DNA of 64,000 nucleotides from Bispira polyomma (Eukaryota): NCBI GenBank assembly GCA_965649765.1, contig OZ287759.1, positions 43,710,001 to 43,774,000 of the forward strand, read 5' to 3'. Shown piece by piece: positions 1 to 13,458 of this stretch (position 1 is its first letter; each line of letters starts with the position of its first letter). The notes under the pieces were generated by a model. It saw only the letters and a program-made list of their open reading frames with translations, ran no database searches and was not told where the DNA came from. The position numbers and the translations under genes were made by a program.

Positions 1-249
1 TTGTTGTTGTCTTTGCATGTTCAGTATAACTTAAGTACATTCACAGTAGTGTCAAATATAAGTTTACCTGCCAAGTACAATCGGTTAACAATTCAATTAG
101 TTTTCGATAGATTTTTCCACCAAATTGCTTTTCCTAAGCTGTCTTTTTTGAAAAAGAATCCATTATTAAATTGGGCAGCAGATAATTGAACGATTTAGTT
201 GATTTACCAAAAATGGGCTAATATTCGCAGATAAATTTTTTTTTAAATT

Positions 250-893
250 TTAACAGATCAAATATTCTACAGCATAAATAATTGGGGTTTCACATACCAC
301 ATCTCCAGCACAGTTGTTAGAAGGTTCTGTATATTCAAAGTTAATGACATGCTGGTCAATGGTATAGGATGGTGGAGCTTCTTCTGAGTAGAGAGGAGTT
401 GGGTTGCTGGTGAGCATATGGACGCTTACAGTGTGGATGGTCTCATCAGTTTCATTGCACTTTAAAGCAGGTAGATATACCTCCAGAAGCTCTACAAAGA
501 AAGCTGATTCTGTTTCATAAGTGCTTGGTAGCCAGTTATAGTCCTTCATCCACACCTTGTCAGCCATTGGTAGTCGTAAGAGTTGATACTCTCCACGTAA
601 AAGTCGTGTCATATTGACATATGGGATGTTAATGTCACTTTGTGGGGAGGTAGGGATATATCCAAAGTTCACTCTATCAGAACTGGAATCTGATCCAACA
701 TAGGCGATCAGCTTTTGGATGTCGTCATCACGGAAAAGTAGAGTTTTGCAGATTGTTGGCCTTTTTCCTGCAGCCAGATATTCAAGAATGTCACATCTTC
801 CTAAAGATGCAGCTTGGTAAGTAGTTTCCACCATTGCTGTGCCAATAGCAGCAGTTCTGACATCAATTGTTGTTTCAATCGAGCCAATGCGAT
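250..893 (-). CDS. exon 11 (C-terminal domain; may splice at 297 to exons outside the window)
   Basis: TTTCTTACAG| acceptor; ORF 250..936 ends TAA at 252-250; alternative donor GTG|GTATGT at 297. Confidence 0.8.
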
Positions 894-3800
894 CTGTAAG
901 AAATCTAGGTTGTATTACAAGATATTTTAACAACAAAATTTACTCCTAATTCATTAGATGTTTTTGCATTGTCAAGGGCTTATTTTAATATACATCTATT
1001 GTCTGACCATTATTCAAATATTAAATTTTATGAACACACTTTTCACTCCCATAGATTAAAGTTTCCTACTAAAATATATCTTTTATTGTATAAACTTTCT
1101 ATGCTCTCCCAACATGTTTGGATAATAGCGGTTCTACTAAATTGGTGACAGATAAGTGTGAAAATTACAAAGAATCTTTACACCATACCTGCCATGGCAA
1201 CAGAGATCTCTCCTTTCACAATGGAAGTTAAAGCATCAATCATTTCAAACTGAAGAGTGTATATATCCTCAAAGTATGAACCAAGGACCGCAATATCAGC
1301 CATAACATAGACACAATCCAATTCTGATGCTTCATAAGCTATAATTGCTACTTCCGCTACAAGTCCCTCCACTTCAGCAAGTGCGTCACAAGCTTCATTT
1401 CCCACTGCATCCAGTAATGTGACAGTATAGGCAATGTCTTGACTTGTCACTGTTGGTGAGTAATCACCGTAAGATTTAATGAATTCATCAGCTAATTGCT
1501 GGATGACCTCCACATCGGTTTCATTCTGTAATACCACTACCAGCTCAGCCATGGCATCAATTGCTGCTTGATTTTCTGCAAATTTGGCCGTAATGACGTA
1601 AGCATGATCAACAAAATCCTCCAGGTAAATCATAAGGGTGATAAATTGCATTAGTTCACTGATGGCTTCCATTAATTCTTCAAGTGCTTCCATTATGGAA
1701 TCTACGTCTGGGCCACCAAAAATCCACTTAAGTGGGTTCATATTTGCAGCAAGAACCGCACCAAACTGAACAGCTTGATCAACCACATTCGCTGCAGCAA
1801 CGCTAATACCAACAGCAATGATATTAGTTAGTCTTGTTCCAACCAACTCTGTAGCCTCAGCTGAACCTTTAATAGAAGCAACAGTACAAATAACCATTAC
1901 ATAATATGCTTAGTTGTTTTGGTGTAATATTTGAGCATATACAAATCAAAGCAAAGTTGTAATCTTGTGATTTATCTAACACTGTGGCCTAACGGCTAGC
2001 ACACACTGGCTTTGAAATGCAGAGGACTCTGGCTCAATACAATAATAGCCTTCGGCAAACAGGTCCAGGCAGATACATGGTCACTCAGATTACTATTTTA
2101 AGTGGTGGTCCTCTATCATTGGATCCTAGGACTCCGTTCCTCACTGGTAGGCTAAAAAATGTTCAATTGATAAATAGTCGCCTGCAAGACTTTCCCTCAA
2201 GTTATGGGAATGATAATTACTGTTTCCTGTACTAGGGAAGTAACTAAAAGGTTAAGTTAAAAACTTTCAATACAACATTTCAGTTTTGAAAACAGAACTG
2301 TTTGTACTCTCATTTCATTGTATACTTACAAACCAACACACTTATAAATAAAATAATTTACCTTTATCACACTTTTTACATTCTGGTTCACGTATACACG
2401 CAATATTACTGAATATTTGGTCGTTATAAATTTGAATACAATTCTAATGTAGTTTAAGATAATTCAGAATAAGGTTACCTTCTGATTTGGCTTCAAGTTG
2501 TCCCTGGATGAAAATCAGATCTTGTTCTGCAATTTGTTGATCAAATTCAGCTGTGGCCCTAGAATGTAAAATCTTACCTGTCAATGTTTATTTTGGGTTG
2601 ATTCTCATTGATCGAATGTGTAGAACTTTTAAATGTTTTGGTAAAGTATAAGCCAAATTGCTACTTTTTTAAATTTAAGAATAGTGTTTTTTTCTTATTT
2701 AATTTTTAATCATTATTTAGTTCTTGGCATCTTGCTTTTGTCTCTAGTATATTGCCTGATTCCAATATTAGTGACCAAGTCTGGCCAAGTCAAACAAGTA
2801 AGATTTGACTCATATCCTGAAAATACTATGGAAAGTCTTATTTTTTACTAGATAATAAAAAGCTTGTAGAATTTTTATGCAAATTAAATGCAGTATTTTA
2901 TACCAAATATTAAAAGTAAATAGAGATTAAAAAAATATGAGACAAATGTACTATTTTAAGCCATGTGTTAGAAGTTAAATATGATAAAAGTGTACTAGAT
3001 TATACCAGATAATAAAAGTTACATTAAAAAAAATGCATTAGTTTATATCAGATTATTTAATGTTACATGCGAGGAAAATGCACTATATTTGATTTATACT
3101 AGGGGCCATATTTAGAAAAGGCCTTAGTCTTAAGCTTAACATTGATGTCTAAAATGTTTAACAATGCCAACAATAAGTCTCAGTGTTTAGTGCAAAGCTA
3201 AAACTAACAAAATATATTTTGTTACTAACTGGGACAAAGATATTAATCTTTTTAGCTACAATCAAAGACCAAAATCCTAAGCTTTAGACAAAGATCTTTC
3301 GTTAATATGGCCACATATATTAAAACTAAGTATAGATTAAATATGAGAAATATGCACTATTTTATACCAGATATTATAGGTTAGTAGAAATATAATATAC
3401 AAGAAGAAATTTAAAGTTACATATAAGAACAAAAACTTTTTTATGCCATATATTAAAAGTTAGTAGAAGTTACATATGAAAAAATTAACTATTTTATACC
3501 AGATATTAAAAAGTTACGTACGAGAAAAATGCACTGAGTTCTGCACTTTGTTGTTCTGTGACATCAATCACTGTATTCAAGTCAAACTTTATCTCTGTTA
3601 ATAGGGTGTGGAAATTCTTTGCTTCTTGTACCTCATCCAAGTATTTAGCACTGTCGTAATCCTTGAGCTCAAGCAGATTTCTAGGCTATAAATACATTAG
3701 ATATAATAAGTCCTTGATTTGTATTGTTAATTAGACTACAGGATTATTGTTAGTTCTGCATCATTTTAGTGTGTTTATTGTATTATATTCACATTGTTTC

Positions 3801-6800
3801 TCTTTCATCTATATTTTCGTGCCAATAAGCACCAATCAGCACCAGCATCTATGTGATGTGTGTACTGAAAAGCCTGCCTGAAGACTTAAGATGTTAAGTT
3901 TTGTCTAAATGCACTTAAGCTTGTTTGCTTGTGGAATGTGGAAATATGAACAGTTGGAAGCATGTTACATTTACTAGGAGCTGCATAAGTGAAACGACTA
4001 CCAACCATTTTTGTGGGACAACATTTTGAGACTGAGAGCATATTTTCTCTAGTCAAGTTACTAGCCTTGATAAGTGATGTTGCATGCATTGACTGAAAAA
4101 GAGCAATGGCCTTAAAAAAATCAGTTTCAACATGATGCAACATTGAATAGGCCTTAGGCACCACTACATGAAAAATGTGACACAGGCAATTTTGTACAGG
4201 CCAGACTAAGATGGCGACAGATCATCTTTAAGTCCCTCATGTAGTAATAGCAGGATCAGCAGATATATGGTGACCAAATAATTCAAAACCTTACAGCATG
4301 TTTTTGCAAGGAGGTAGATGCAGTGGTGAGGATGTTAATTTGATCAAGAAGAACTTCCAGGTCACAGGCAATCTCCACTTCTATTGATGGTTCACTATCA
4401 AACAGGAAACAACCTTTCCTGGCTATGTCAGGGTGCATTCTTTTGTAGTCATCTCGTATCTGAAAAAAATGTCAGCTTAAGCCATAGACATAGGAATTAA
4501 TGTAACAATACTATACAAATGTACAATAAAAAATGATCCTTTCACCAATATATTAACAATAAACACTATTTTCAATACACTCTTGTTGTATTTTTTTTCC
4601 TTATAATATTCGTTTAATTTTAAAGGGCTACCGATTGTTGGATAAGGAAGGACTGATCTGTGAAAGTCAATATCTTTGTATTTGTATATTCCTTTTGCTA
4701 TTATGTTTTAAATTAGATCTTATAGTATAACATTTTTCAAGGATAGCATATGTCTTTTTTAAGAAATCACAAGAATGTATATACCATTTTTCAAGTTTAG
4801 ACACAATAATTATCAATAAATTAAATGCTATAGGACCATGCACTTCTTTTCTCATGGCTAATAGTATTTCACTTTAGAAGATGCCTCATATTGATATTGG
4901 GGCTAAATAATCTATATTATCGATCTTACCTTGTATTGTATTGTGCAACTACAGAATCTATTAACCAATCGAGAAGTTAAAAAAACAAAGCCAGATCATT
5001 AGCACACAGAAGAATGGTGTTATATTTTGTCTAAGAGATTCATTTCGACTTTGTTTGACAGGAAAAAACACCTCCTCTATTTTAATACTTTTCTATCATT
5101 GGTTCATTATGTTTGGCATGGTATATACATGTAAAACCGGCAATAAGGCCATCACCAACTCTGTCGCATTGATATGAATTACATTTTTTCAGATTGAAAA
5201 CACTGTAAAATGCTGTATGTTATGTTGAAGAAATTTGGTAAAACACACTAATATTACTACATCTTTACGTCTTAGATAATGGTATATGTGAGATAGTACA
5301 GTAGAACCTCTATTATCCAACCCTCTATTATCCGACTATCCGATTTTACAGACTTAATTTCATTCTCCCAAACTTACTTTTTGCTATTGTTTTATACTAA
5401 AATGCCCCTTCTATTTTATAGACCTTCTATTATCAAAACAAATTCTCACTCTCCCAATATGGTTTGATAATAGAGGTTCTACTGTATATACTAAATCAGT
5501 TTACCAGGTAGAGTTCTTCGATATCCGTGTTGATGGCAGCATAACTTCTGTTGGCCACTTCATTAGCTTTGTCCTCAAGGTCAAGCACTGTAATCATAAA
5601 ATCATAAAAACTCGTAATGCATGTTGTTATAAATATAACATGCTGTTTTGTATGTGAAGAAACATTATGTAGTTCTATAAAAGCATTTTCTTTTTAAAAT
5701 TTGGATATCGTGCTTAATTATAGCTACTTTTTTTGGTTCTTTAAAGGCTGAGAAAGGTTTTAATTTCTAATACTGTTTGCATACTTTACTTTTAAATATA
5801 ACCGGTCAACATAAAAACAAAGGAAACATTTGTAACGTTAGTCGTAAAAAACAATTATCACAGTTTTATAGTTGGTGCATTTGGTGTTTTAGATTTTACA
5901 AGTGAGACAGTTAAATTACTCAGGCCAATGGAGGTGGTGTGTAACAAAATACAAAATCAAAGCTTAAAAATATTGTAACCTACAGATTCTGAGTGGCTAA
6001 TATACTGTCCTGTACTCACCAGCTCTATCTGTAAACAAAAGAAAACAACATACACAAGTTAATGTTGAAGATATCATAGGCGGAACAGAGGAAGACACTG
6101 CACCACCATTTTACTGCGTCAAACATAATCTAACTAACAAACTTAAAGATGTATGTTCACAAAATTCTCCCCCACCTTTTTAAAAAATCCTGGATCTTAC
6201 TTTGTATATGTTGTTTGTTGAATAATTTTTGTTTTTCATATTAACCTGTATGTTATTCAGTACTTGCCAGTAGACTTGCCAGTATATTTATTCTTAAAAG
6301 GATAAATTGAATCCAAGTGAAAGTTAAATGCCGATGACCAAAGTATGCACATTTAACATTTTACTTGTGCGTATTAAATTCATAATTGCATTTAAATTCA
6401 TTCCAGCACATTTATCTACCCTTAAACTAGTAATCAAAGGGCTACATAACCAACAGAGAACCATAATTGGTTACTAACTTTCACCTAACTAAAAGTGACA
6501 GGCTTTGATATGCCCATTTATCAACATCTCCAATGTTGTTAAGCCTACAGATAGGACAGAATGGCAGAGGACTGTCATTTTAAGCGGTCATCTGAGCTAC
6601 TAGACAAAGACATGTCAACGTCTTGCTCAAGGATGTTATCCCACCAATGAAACAAGCGAACCAGGTAATGGAATGGATCAATATCTTACAGTGGAAGGTG
6701 AAGTTAAGACTGTAGAGCCAAACTCCTTGTAGCCCATCTACATAAAGAAGAGGTGCACCATTGTTAGAAAACTTGTACATATGGTCCGCTGGGTCCTGAC

Positions 6801-9800
6801 CTGTCCCATAGGGACCTATCTCTCTGCCCTTGTTAGTGAGAAACCAGATCTGAAAACCACAAACACATTGTAGTGTTTAACATTTAATTGGTTCGACTAA
6901 TTGTAAGCTTTATGATGTAGAGATTGAAAAGTATTCCGTCATTATGTCATTAATAACACTTAAGTACAATTTAGGATCTAAGATTTTTTTTTAGTAATTT
7001 ATAATGTCACAAAAAGAGAAGCATTAACATATCGCAAAATTGTTGTATAAATTTAGGGTATACAGGAAATACAAATTTTCAATGAATTGAAGCAATTTTA
7101 ATAATTCGTGAATTTTATCACTGTGGTATATATAATGCTACCTTTGCAAAGCTTATTGGTCAACTTACTGATAGAATGTTCATGAAAGAGTCTCCGCTGA
7201 CATTGGTAATGTACTCTTCTTGGTCCAGGGGAAAGTTGGCAATTAAATTGGAACCTTCTGGTTCTTCTGGACAATTATTCTCCTGGTCTCCATAGGTGAA
7301 ACCAACACTGTGTGTAAACAAAGTAGAATATATTTCACAGCTGAGATGGTATTCTGGAAATAAACTCTTAAACTAATACACAACTCAAATATAGGCTGTG
7401 TGAAAATTGGTGTACATGGAAATAACCGATACTATACTATACATAGAGCTTTGAGCACTAAATTCAAACGTGATGTTTTATGTTAGATATGTTTATTGTA
7501 TCAAGCGTTCTAGAGAATAAAGATAGCATTTGAGTATGACTTCATCTGTGTCTACACTTGTGAATACAAGTCCTGGTAAAACCCAAAATTTAAGAGCTTT
7601 GGACCAAAAATGTTTTCTTTTTTTGGAAGCGATCATACTTTAGTGTTGACTGTTTTTAATACAAAGACTAACATTAGGTAGTTCTAAATATTTTGGATCA
7701 CATTTAAGATTAAGACTTTTTGTGAATAGGAAACAGTTAAAAAATCTCTAGTGGTGGGAGGCCAATTAACTGTTGATTACCACAACACACCAAGATCAAA
7801 ACAAAGAAAAGTAGGACAATATTTAAATTATCCTCTGCAAACTGCATTCATTGCTTTATATCTGATTTAGTTGCTGACAAATATATTGTATGCTGCCTTT
7901 TTTTATTTATAAAATATCAAGATTTTACTGTAGAAATGTTGTACCAATATGTATTGCTGTTCGAATTTTATTATATTTAAAAAAATATATTTAAATGAGA
8001 TATTGATTTTTAATTTATATTACTAGGTCAAGAGAGATCACAATGATGGTAAGGTATACTCGCAAAGAGAAAAGATATAATCTAAAATGTATAATTCTCA
8101 GTTCCTTCATCCCAGTGTACAAATCCGCACAATTTAAAATAAAAGAGGGGCAATGTTATTAAATGATTTATTATTCATTAAATGCTTACATTGTACTAAT
8201 GTAATAAATTTTGTTTATTTTTATGGCTACAGACTATTTCATTAAACAGTACATATTGAAACGTTATTATTGAATTGTTTTGCTTGTTCAACGATGCCAT
8301 TGTGAGGATGTAGTTATGGTATGTGGTAAAGTCGGCACCAACAAATTCGACACCAACAAACTTGGCACCAATTCTACCCCACAAAGTTGTCACTGATGAT
8401 GAATACTAGACGTACATCGATTTGTATTTTATGGTGCCCTTGAATTCCAGAAATTGCATAACAAAGTGCAGTCAAAGTATTTTATAAAAATAAACAAATG
8501 AATTACTCAATAAAATTATTGCTAGACAGTTTACTCCTGCATTAAACGGGATAAATATAATCATATTAATAGTGTGGATTTTAATCTCACAAAGCATAAA
8601 AATATGTATTCATCCAAACTCTTTCTGTAACACCATTTTTAAACAGTTAAATTTTTAATTGTCTTTATTCAGATTTATAAAATGTTTATTTAAATTCTTG
8701 ATCAAATTTGTTTGGAGCCTTGTTTGTTAAGAATTAGTGACTTAATTAATTAGATTGTTGAGGAGTTGACAAATAGTCATTCTTACCATCTGATGAATGA
8801 GCCACCAAAGTCATCTATATAGTACTCAATTCTGACCACAGTAATCATCTCAAAAGCTGTCACCCCTGTAAATATCGCTTTGGTGTCATCAGCAATATCT
8901 TCATTTTCAGCCCCCAAGGAGAACTGTTCCACATCCAGTGCATCATTTGGTAGTACTGGTGGAGTGATCGTCCTTTTCTGTTGTCTGGTGCCTTTCATAA
9001 AACAAGTATCGTTTACATATATGCGTGCACATCGTCCGTACCCGTCATCTGCATACGTCAATAAGGCAAGACATTCTTAATTTGTCACAAAAATTTATAT
9101 TATGTCAGACAAATCTTGCTCTTGAAGCAATAGGCATGACACACACATATGTATGGGAACACCCAAAAGCCATATATTAGAAGAAGTGGTTGTTTTTTAC
9201 ATGTGTGAGTGACCTTTTAAGGATAATATTGATGTATGTATTGAAACAGGGCATTAGTTACCAATAGTGATGATAATTTTTGCCTTTTAAACAGTAAATG
9301 TCAAAAATTTAAGTATTTTATTACATTTCTTCAAGAGGTAGCTGGCATATTGTTCAGTTTTGGGGCCAATTGGTCTTTAATTTGAGTAATCAATCACACT
9401 CTTGAATGTTCTAGCTGTATCGTAATTTCAAATCCCCCATAGTTTTATACAGGCTGGTGTATGCATTAATTAAAAGAGTAAATGCTAAGAAAATGTATCG
9501 TATTGTATTGTGCATTTTTAACACGCCTTATTAATGCTAGGTTTTAAGCTTTTTCCTAAAACCTGAAAGTGAGGAAGAGTTTAGTAGCGAGGTAGTGAGG
9601 CTGTTGAGAGACAACAGCTTTAAAAATAGTTACGTGCATTTTAAACAGGATTTGATAGTGAATAAGAAGCCAGTGAAGTTTCTTGAGGTATGGAGTGACA
9701 TCAGTACAGGTTCCCAGACAAACGATAACTCTACATAGATAGTTTAAATGGACTGGAACTTGTTAATGTGGGTCTTATTGGTTCCATACAGAAGAGAATT

Positions 9801-12800
9801 ACAGTAGTCATGACGACTACTTACAAGAGCGTTGGCCACAGTGATAGCAGTATTTTGTGATTCTTTTAAGGTCCCGAAGGTGATAGTAACAGGAGCGGCG
9901 GATGCTCTTAATCTGAGGAAGAAATGAAAAAGCAGGGTCGATGGTGACACCTATGTTTTTGACCTGGTCTGAAGGTTGAATCTCATTATCCAGCAGTGTG
10001 ATTGGGAAAAGTGATCTGTATTCACTGTGTTTCTTATTTCCAATTAAGATGAATTCAGTTTTGTCAGGGTTTAGTTTCAGTTTGGAGTAGTTCATCCATG
10101 CCTGAACTGAGGAGAGACAGTCGGCAAGTATATCCAGGTTGTATCCGGCATTCTGAGTGTTAAGAGAGAGATAGATTTGAGATCGAGTGTCATCAGCATA
10201 CATGTGATGATTAACATTGTGATTATCAATGACTGCATTGAGAGGATGTGTGTAAAGGGTAAACAATAAAGGGCTGAGAACCGACCTCTGGGGTACACCA
10301 AATGGTGTCGCCCAATTTGATTTTTTTGGGTTTTAAGAGCAAGGTACGATTTGATCCAATCAAGGAGAGTACCATTAAGACCAAACCACTCTTTTAGGGT
10401 GTCAAAGAGTAAGCCATGGTTGATGGTACCAAAAGCTGTGGAGAGATCAAGAAGGGTGAGGGCTACAGTTTCATCACGATCCAGGGCAAGATTAATGTCA
10501 TGACTGATTGAAAAGAGGGCACTCTCCGTGAAGTGAAATTTTCTGTAGGCAGATTGGTGGTAGTTAACTAGATTTTGTTTAGTAAGGTGGTCATGAAATA
10601 TTTTGGCCCATTTTTGTCAAGGCCTGGTTTTTTCAGCAAGGGGGGCGACATATGCAGTTTTGAACCAGGAGGGAAAAATACCATCCCTAAGCGAAAAATT
10701 TATGATGTTGGTGATAGAAGTAATGAAAATGTCTAGGCATTCTGTGAGAACAGTGGCAGGGATAGGATCTAGTTCACAGGATTTGATGGAGTTGTATTTT
10801 ATGAGTTTGAGAACACCGTTCTCAGAAAGTGGGTTAAATGTAGCAGATTTGAGACTTCATAGCCAGGGGATGGTGGAGAGAACTGTAGCATTGTTGAAAA
10901 ACCTTCTCGAATTTTAGTTATTTTTTCAATTTTTTCTGCAAGAAATGTGAGGCAATGATTTCAGGCAAAACTTTTTTAGCTGTGCAGTATCTTATTTATG
11001 GAACTCCATAACCTGTTTGGTGAGTTTAAATTCTCATTGATGATTAAATCATAGTGCTCTTTTTGGCTCTGGTCATTAGTGCATTGAAGTGGTTTGTGGC
11101 GATTCTGTAGCGCTTCCTGTCAACTGATGATTTGGTGTGCTGCCATAGCCGCTTAAATTGACGTTTATGCCTTTTAGCTTCCTTGATTTCTGGGTTTGTC
11201 CATTCATGGGGATCAGAAAGTGGGAGAGTTTCAGAAACCAAAGGAGCATGACTGTTAAGGATTGAGAACAAAGTGTGGTTTTATTGTACACTGAGACTTT
11301 CTACATTTTTACAAGGGTGTTTAATGAGGCGAGAGGCGAGAAGCAAGTATGTCATCCTATAATTTGGGAATATTAATTTTCCTGATGTTGCAGACTTTTA
11401 GTACCTTCGATTTGTGTGAGAGTGGTTTGGGCAGTAGGAGATGTGCAAAAGTGGCAAGATGGTCAGACACCCTGTCAGTAACCCATACATCCTGTATCAG
11501 CTTGGACCCTGGTCGAGCGATGATCAAGTCAAGAATGTGGTTATGGAGATGAGTCGGATAGGAAATAAACTGTTTGAAAATTTAAAGATATTCAAGAGGC
11601 TGTAGAAATCTCTGGTTGTCGTGTTATTGATGTCGACTTTGATGTTGAAGTCACCAAGTACAATTGATTCCAGCGGGAGGAGGTTAATAGATTCAAGGAA
11701 ACCAAGGAAGTCTTGATGGAAGGCAGATATAGAAGGGTTAGGTGGATGATAGAGGGAGGAGACTAAAAATGATTGAGATCCATTTGAAATTTTGCATTTA
11801 ATACATTCGAAAGATGGAGGGTAATCAATATTGAGAATTTCGCTTGAAAGAGTACTTTTGACAAAGATAACAAGCCCTCCCCCCCACCCCCTGCGCTTGA
11901 CAGGCCTAGGGGAGTTGTGCAATCTATAACCTGGTTGTGTGATTTCAGAGAGGAATGCATAAGTATCCATGGAGCTGAGCCAGGTCTCAGACACACAGGC
12001 CACATCAAGGTCTCGGGTTTCAATAAGGGCAGTGACTGAAGGCACCTTATTGCGCATAGATCTGGCATTAAAGGCACCAATTTTCAGATTAGATTGGAAA
12101 GGCCCAGGGTTTATTTGAACATCGCCACAGAGAGTAGTAAGTAATGGAATCCATAGGTTTTTAACACGTGGATTTGGACCGCAAAAGATGTGTAGTTTAA
12201 AACAGAGAAAGGCTGTGTTCGTGTTGTCTAGTTGTGGTAGAAAAGAATGGCAGATTGTGATTTGAGATGGATATTGTTGGTGATAATTTGAGCAAGAGTT
12301 CCAGGAAAGGATCCTAGTGATGGCTAGAATGAAGCATGGCAACAGTATTTTCAACATGATTTAAAACAAAGAGAGAAGTTTTTACTAAGTATGCCAGCGA
12401 TAGTAGTATGAATACTACCAAGATTTAAACTAAAACTAGAAGGAACAACTACTAAAAATTAGGAAAAAAATGTTAGAAGGAAAAAATAGAAAAAGGAAAA
12501 CTAGAAAAATATTTACGAAGTGTGCCAAGATACTAGTAAATACTACCAGGAATTTAAACTAAAACTAGAAGGAAAACAACAAAAAATGACAAACACTAGA
12601 AGGAAAACTACAAAAATTAACAAAACCTAGAAGGAAGCTAGAAAAGGAAACTAGAAAATATTGACTATATATACCAGCAATGCTAAGTATGCTGAAACGA
12701 CCCACCCCGAAATATGATCTACAAACCCATTCTCACCTCAAAGAAAAACAACCCACCCAAAAACAACCCACCCCAAAAGAAAAAGAAAAAACAACAACAC

Positions 12801-13427
12801 AGTGCTAGATACGCTGTATTAACAGTATAGCACAAATATATGTAAAAATATTATTGTGTGTGCCAAATATATATAATAATATTATTGTATGTGCTAGATA
12901 CGCAGTATTAATAGTATAGCCCAAAATATATAAATAAATGTTGTTATCCCACTCCCGCCAAATGGAGTGGACGATAATAGGGTATGTGTAAAAAATATTA
13001 TTGTCCAACAAACAGTATAGCCCAAAATATATGTAAAAAATGTTATTATGCCACTCCCGTCAAACGGAGTGGATGATAATTATTACTAATAATTATTAAT
13101 ATTGTCTAACAAACAGTATAGCCCCAAAAATATGTAAAAATATTATTGTATATATATTGTCCACTCCCACTCCAAAGAAAAACCACACAGTGGAAAATAT
13201 GTGTGGCAACATTAAAGTTCAAAATAAGGTGAGGGCCATAAAATTGCCTATATGTTGTTATATTTGTGCGTAAATTAAAGTTATTATGCCATGATAATGA
13301 AAATTTTAGTATGTATTATTGTTGTACTATGCGTATGGAGCCTTGGAAGGGAATATTGGTGATCCTTTGAAAATAGTTCATGGTCTACTGTTCCACTATA
13401 TCCTTTTTTCTTTTTCTTTTTTTTTTT

Positions 13428-13458
<31 letters not shown>

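Noticed and set aside
4930-4957. Candidate 19- or 28-nt microexon (TAG|TTGCACAATACAATACAAG|GTAAGA, minus)
   Set aside because: Both lengths break the frame between exon 6 and exon 7, which join cleanly in phase 0; the sequence is a CAATA microsatellite.
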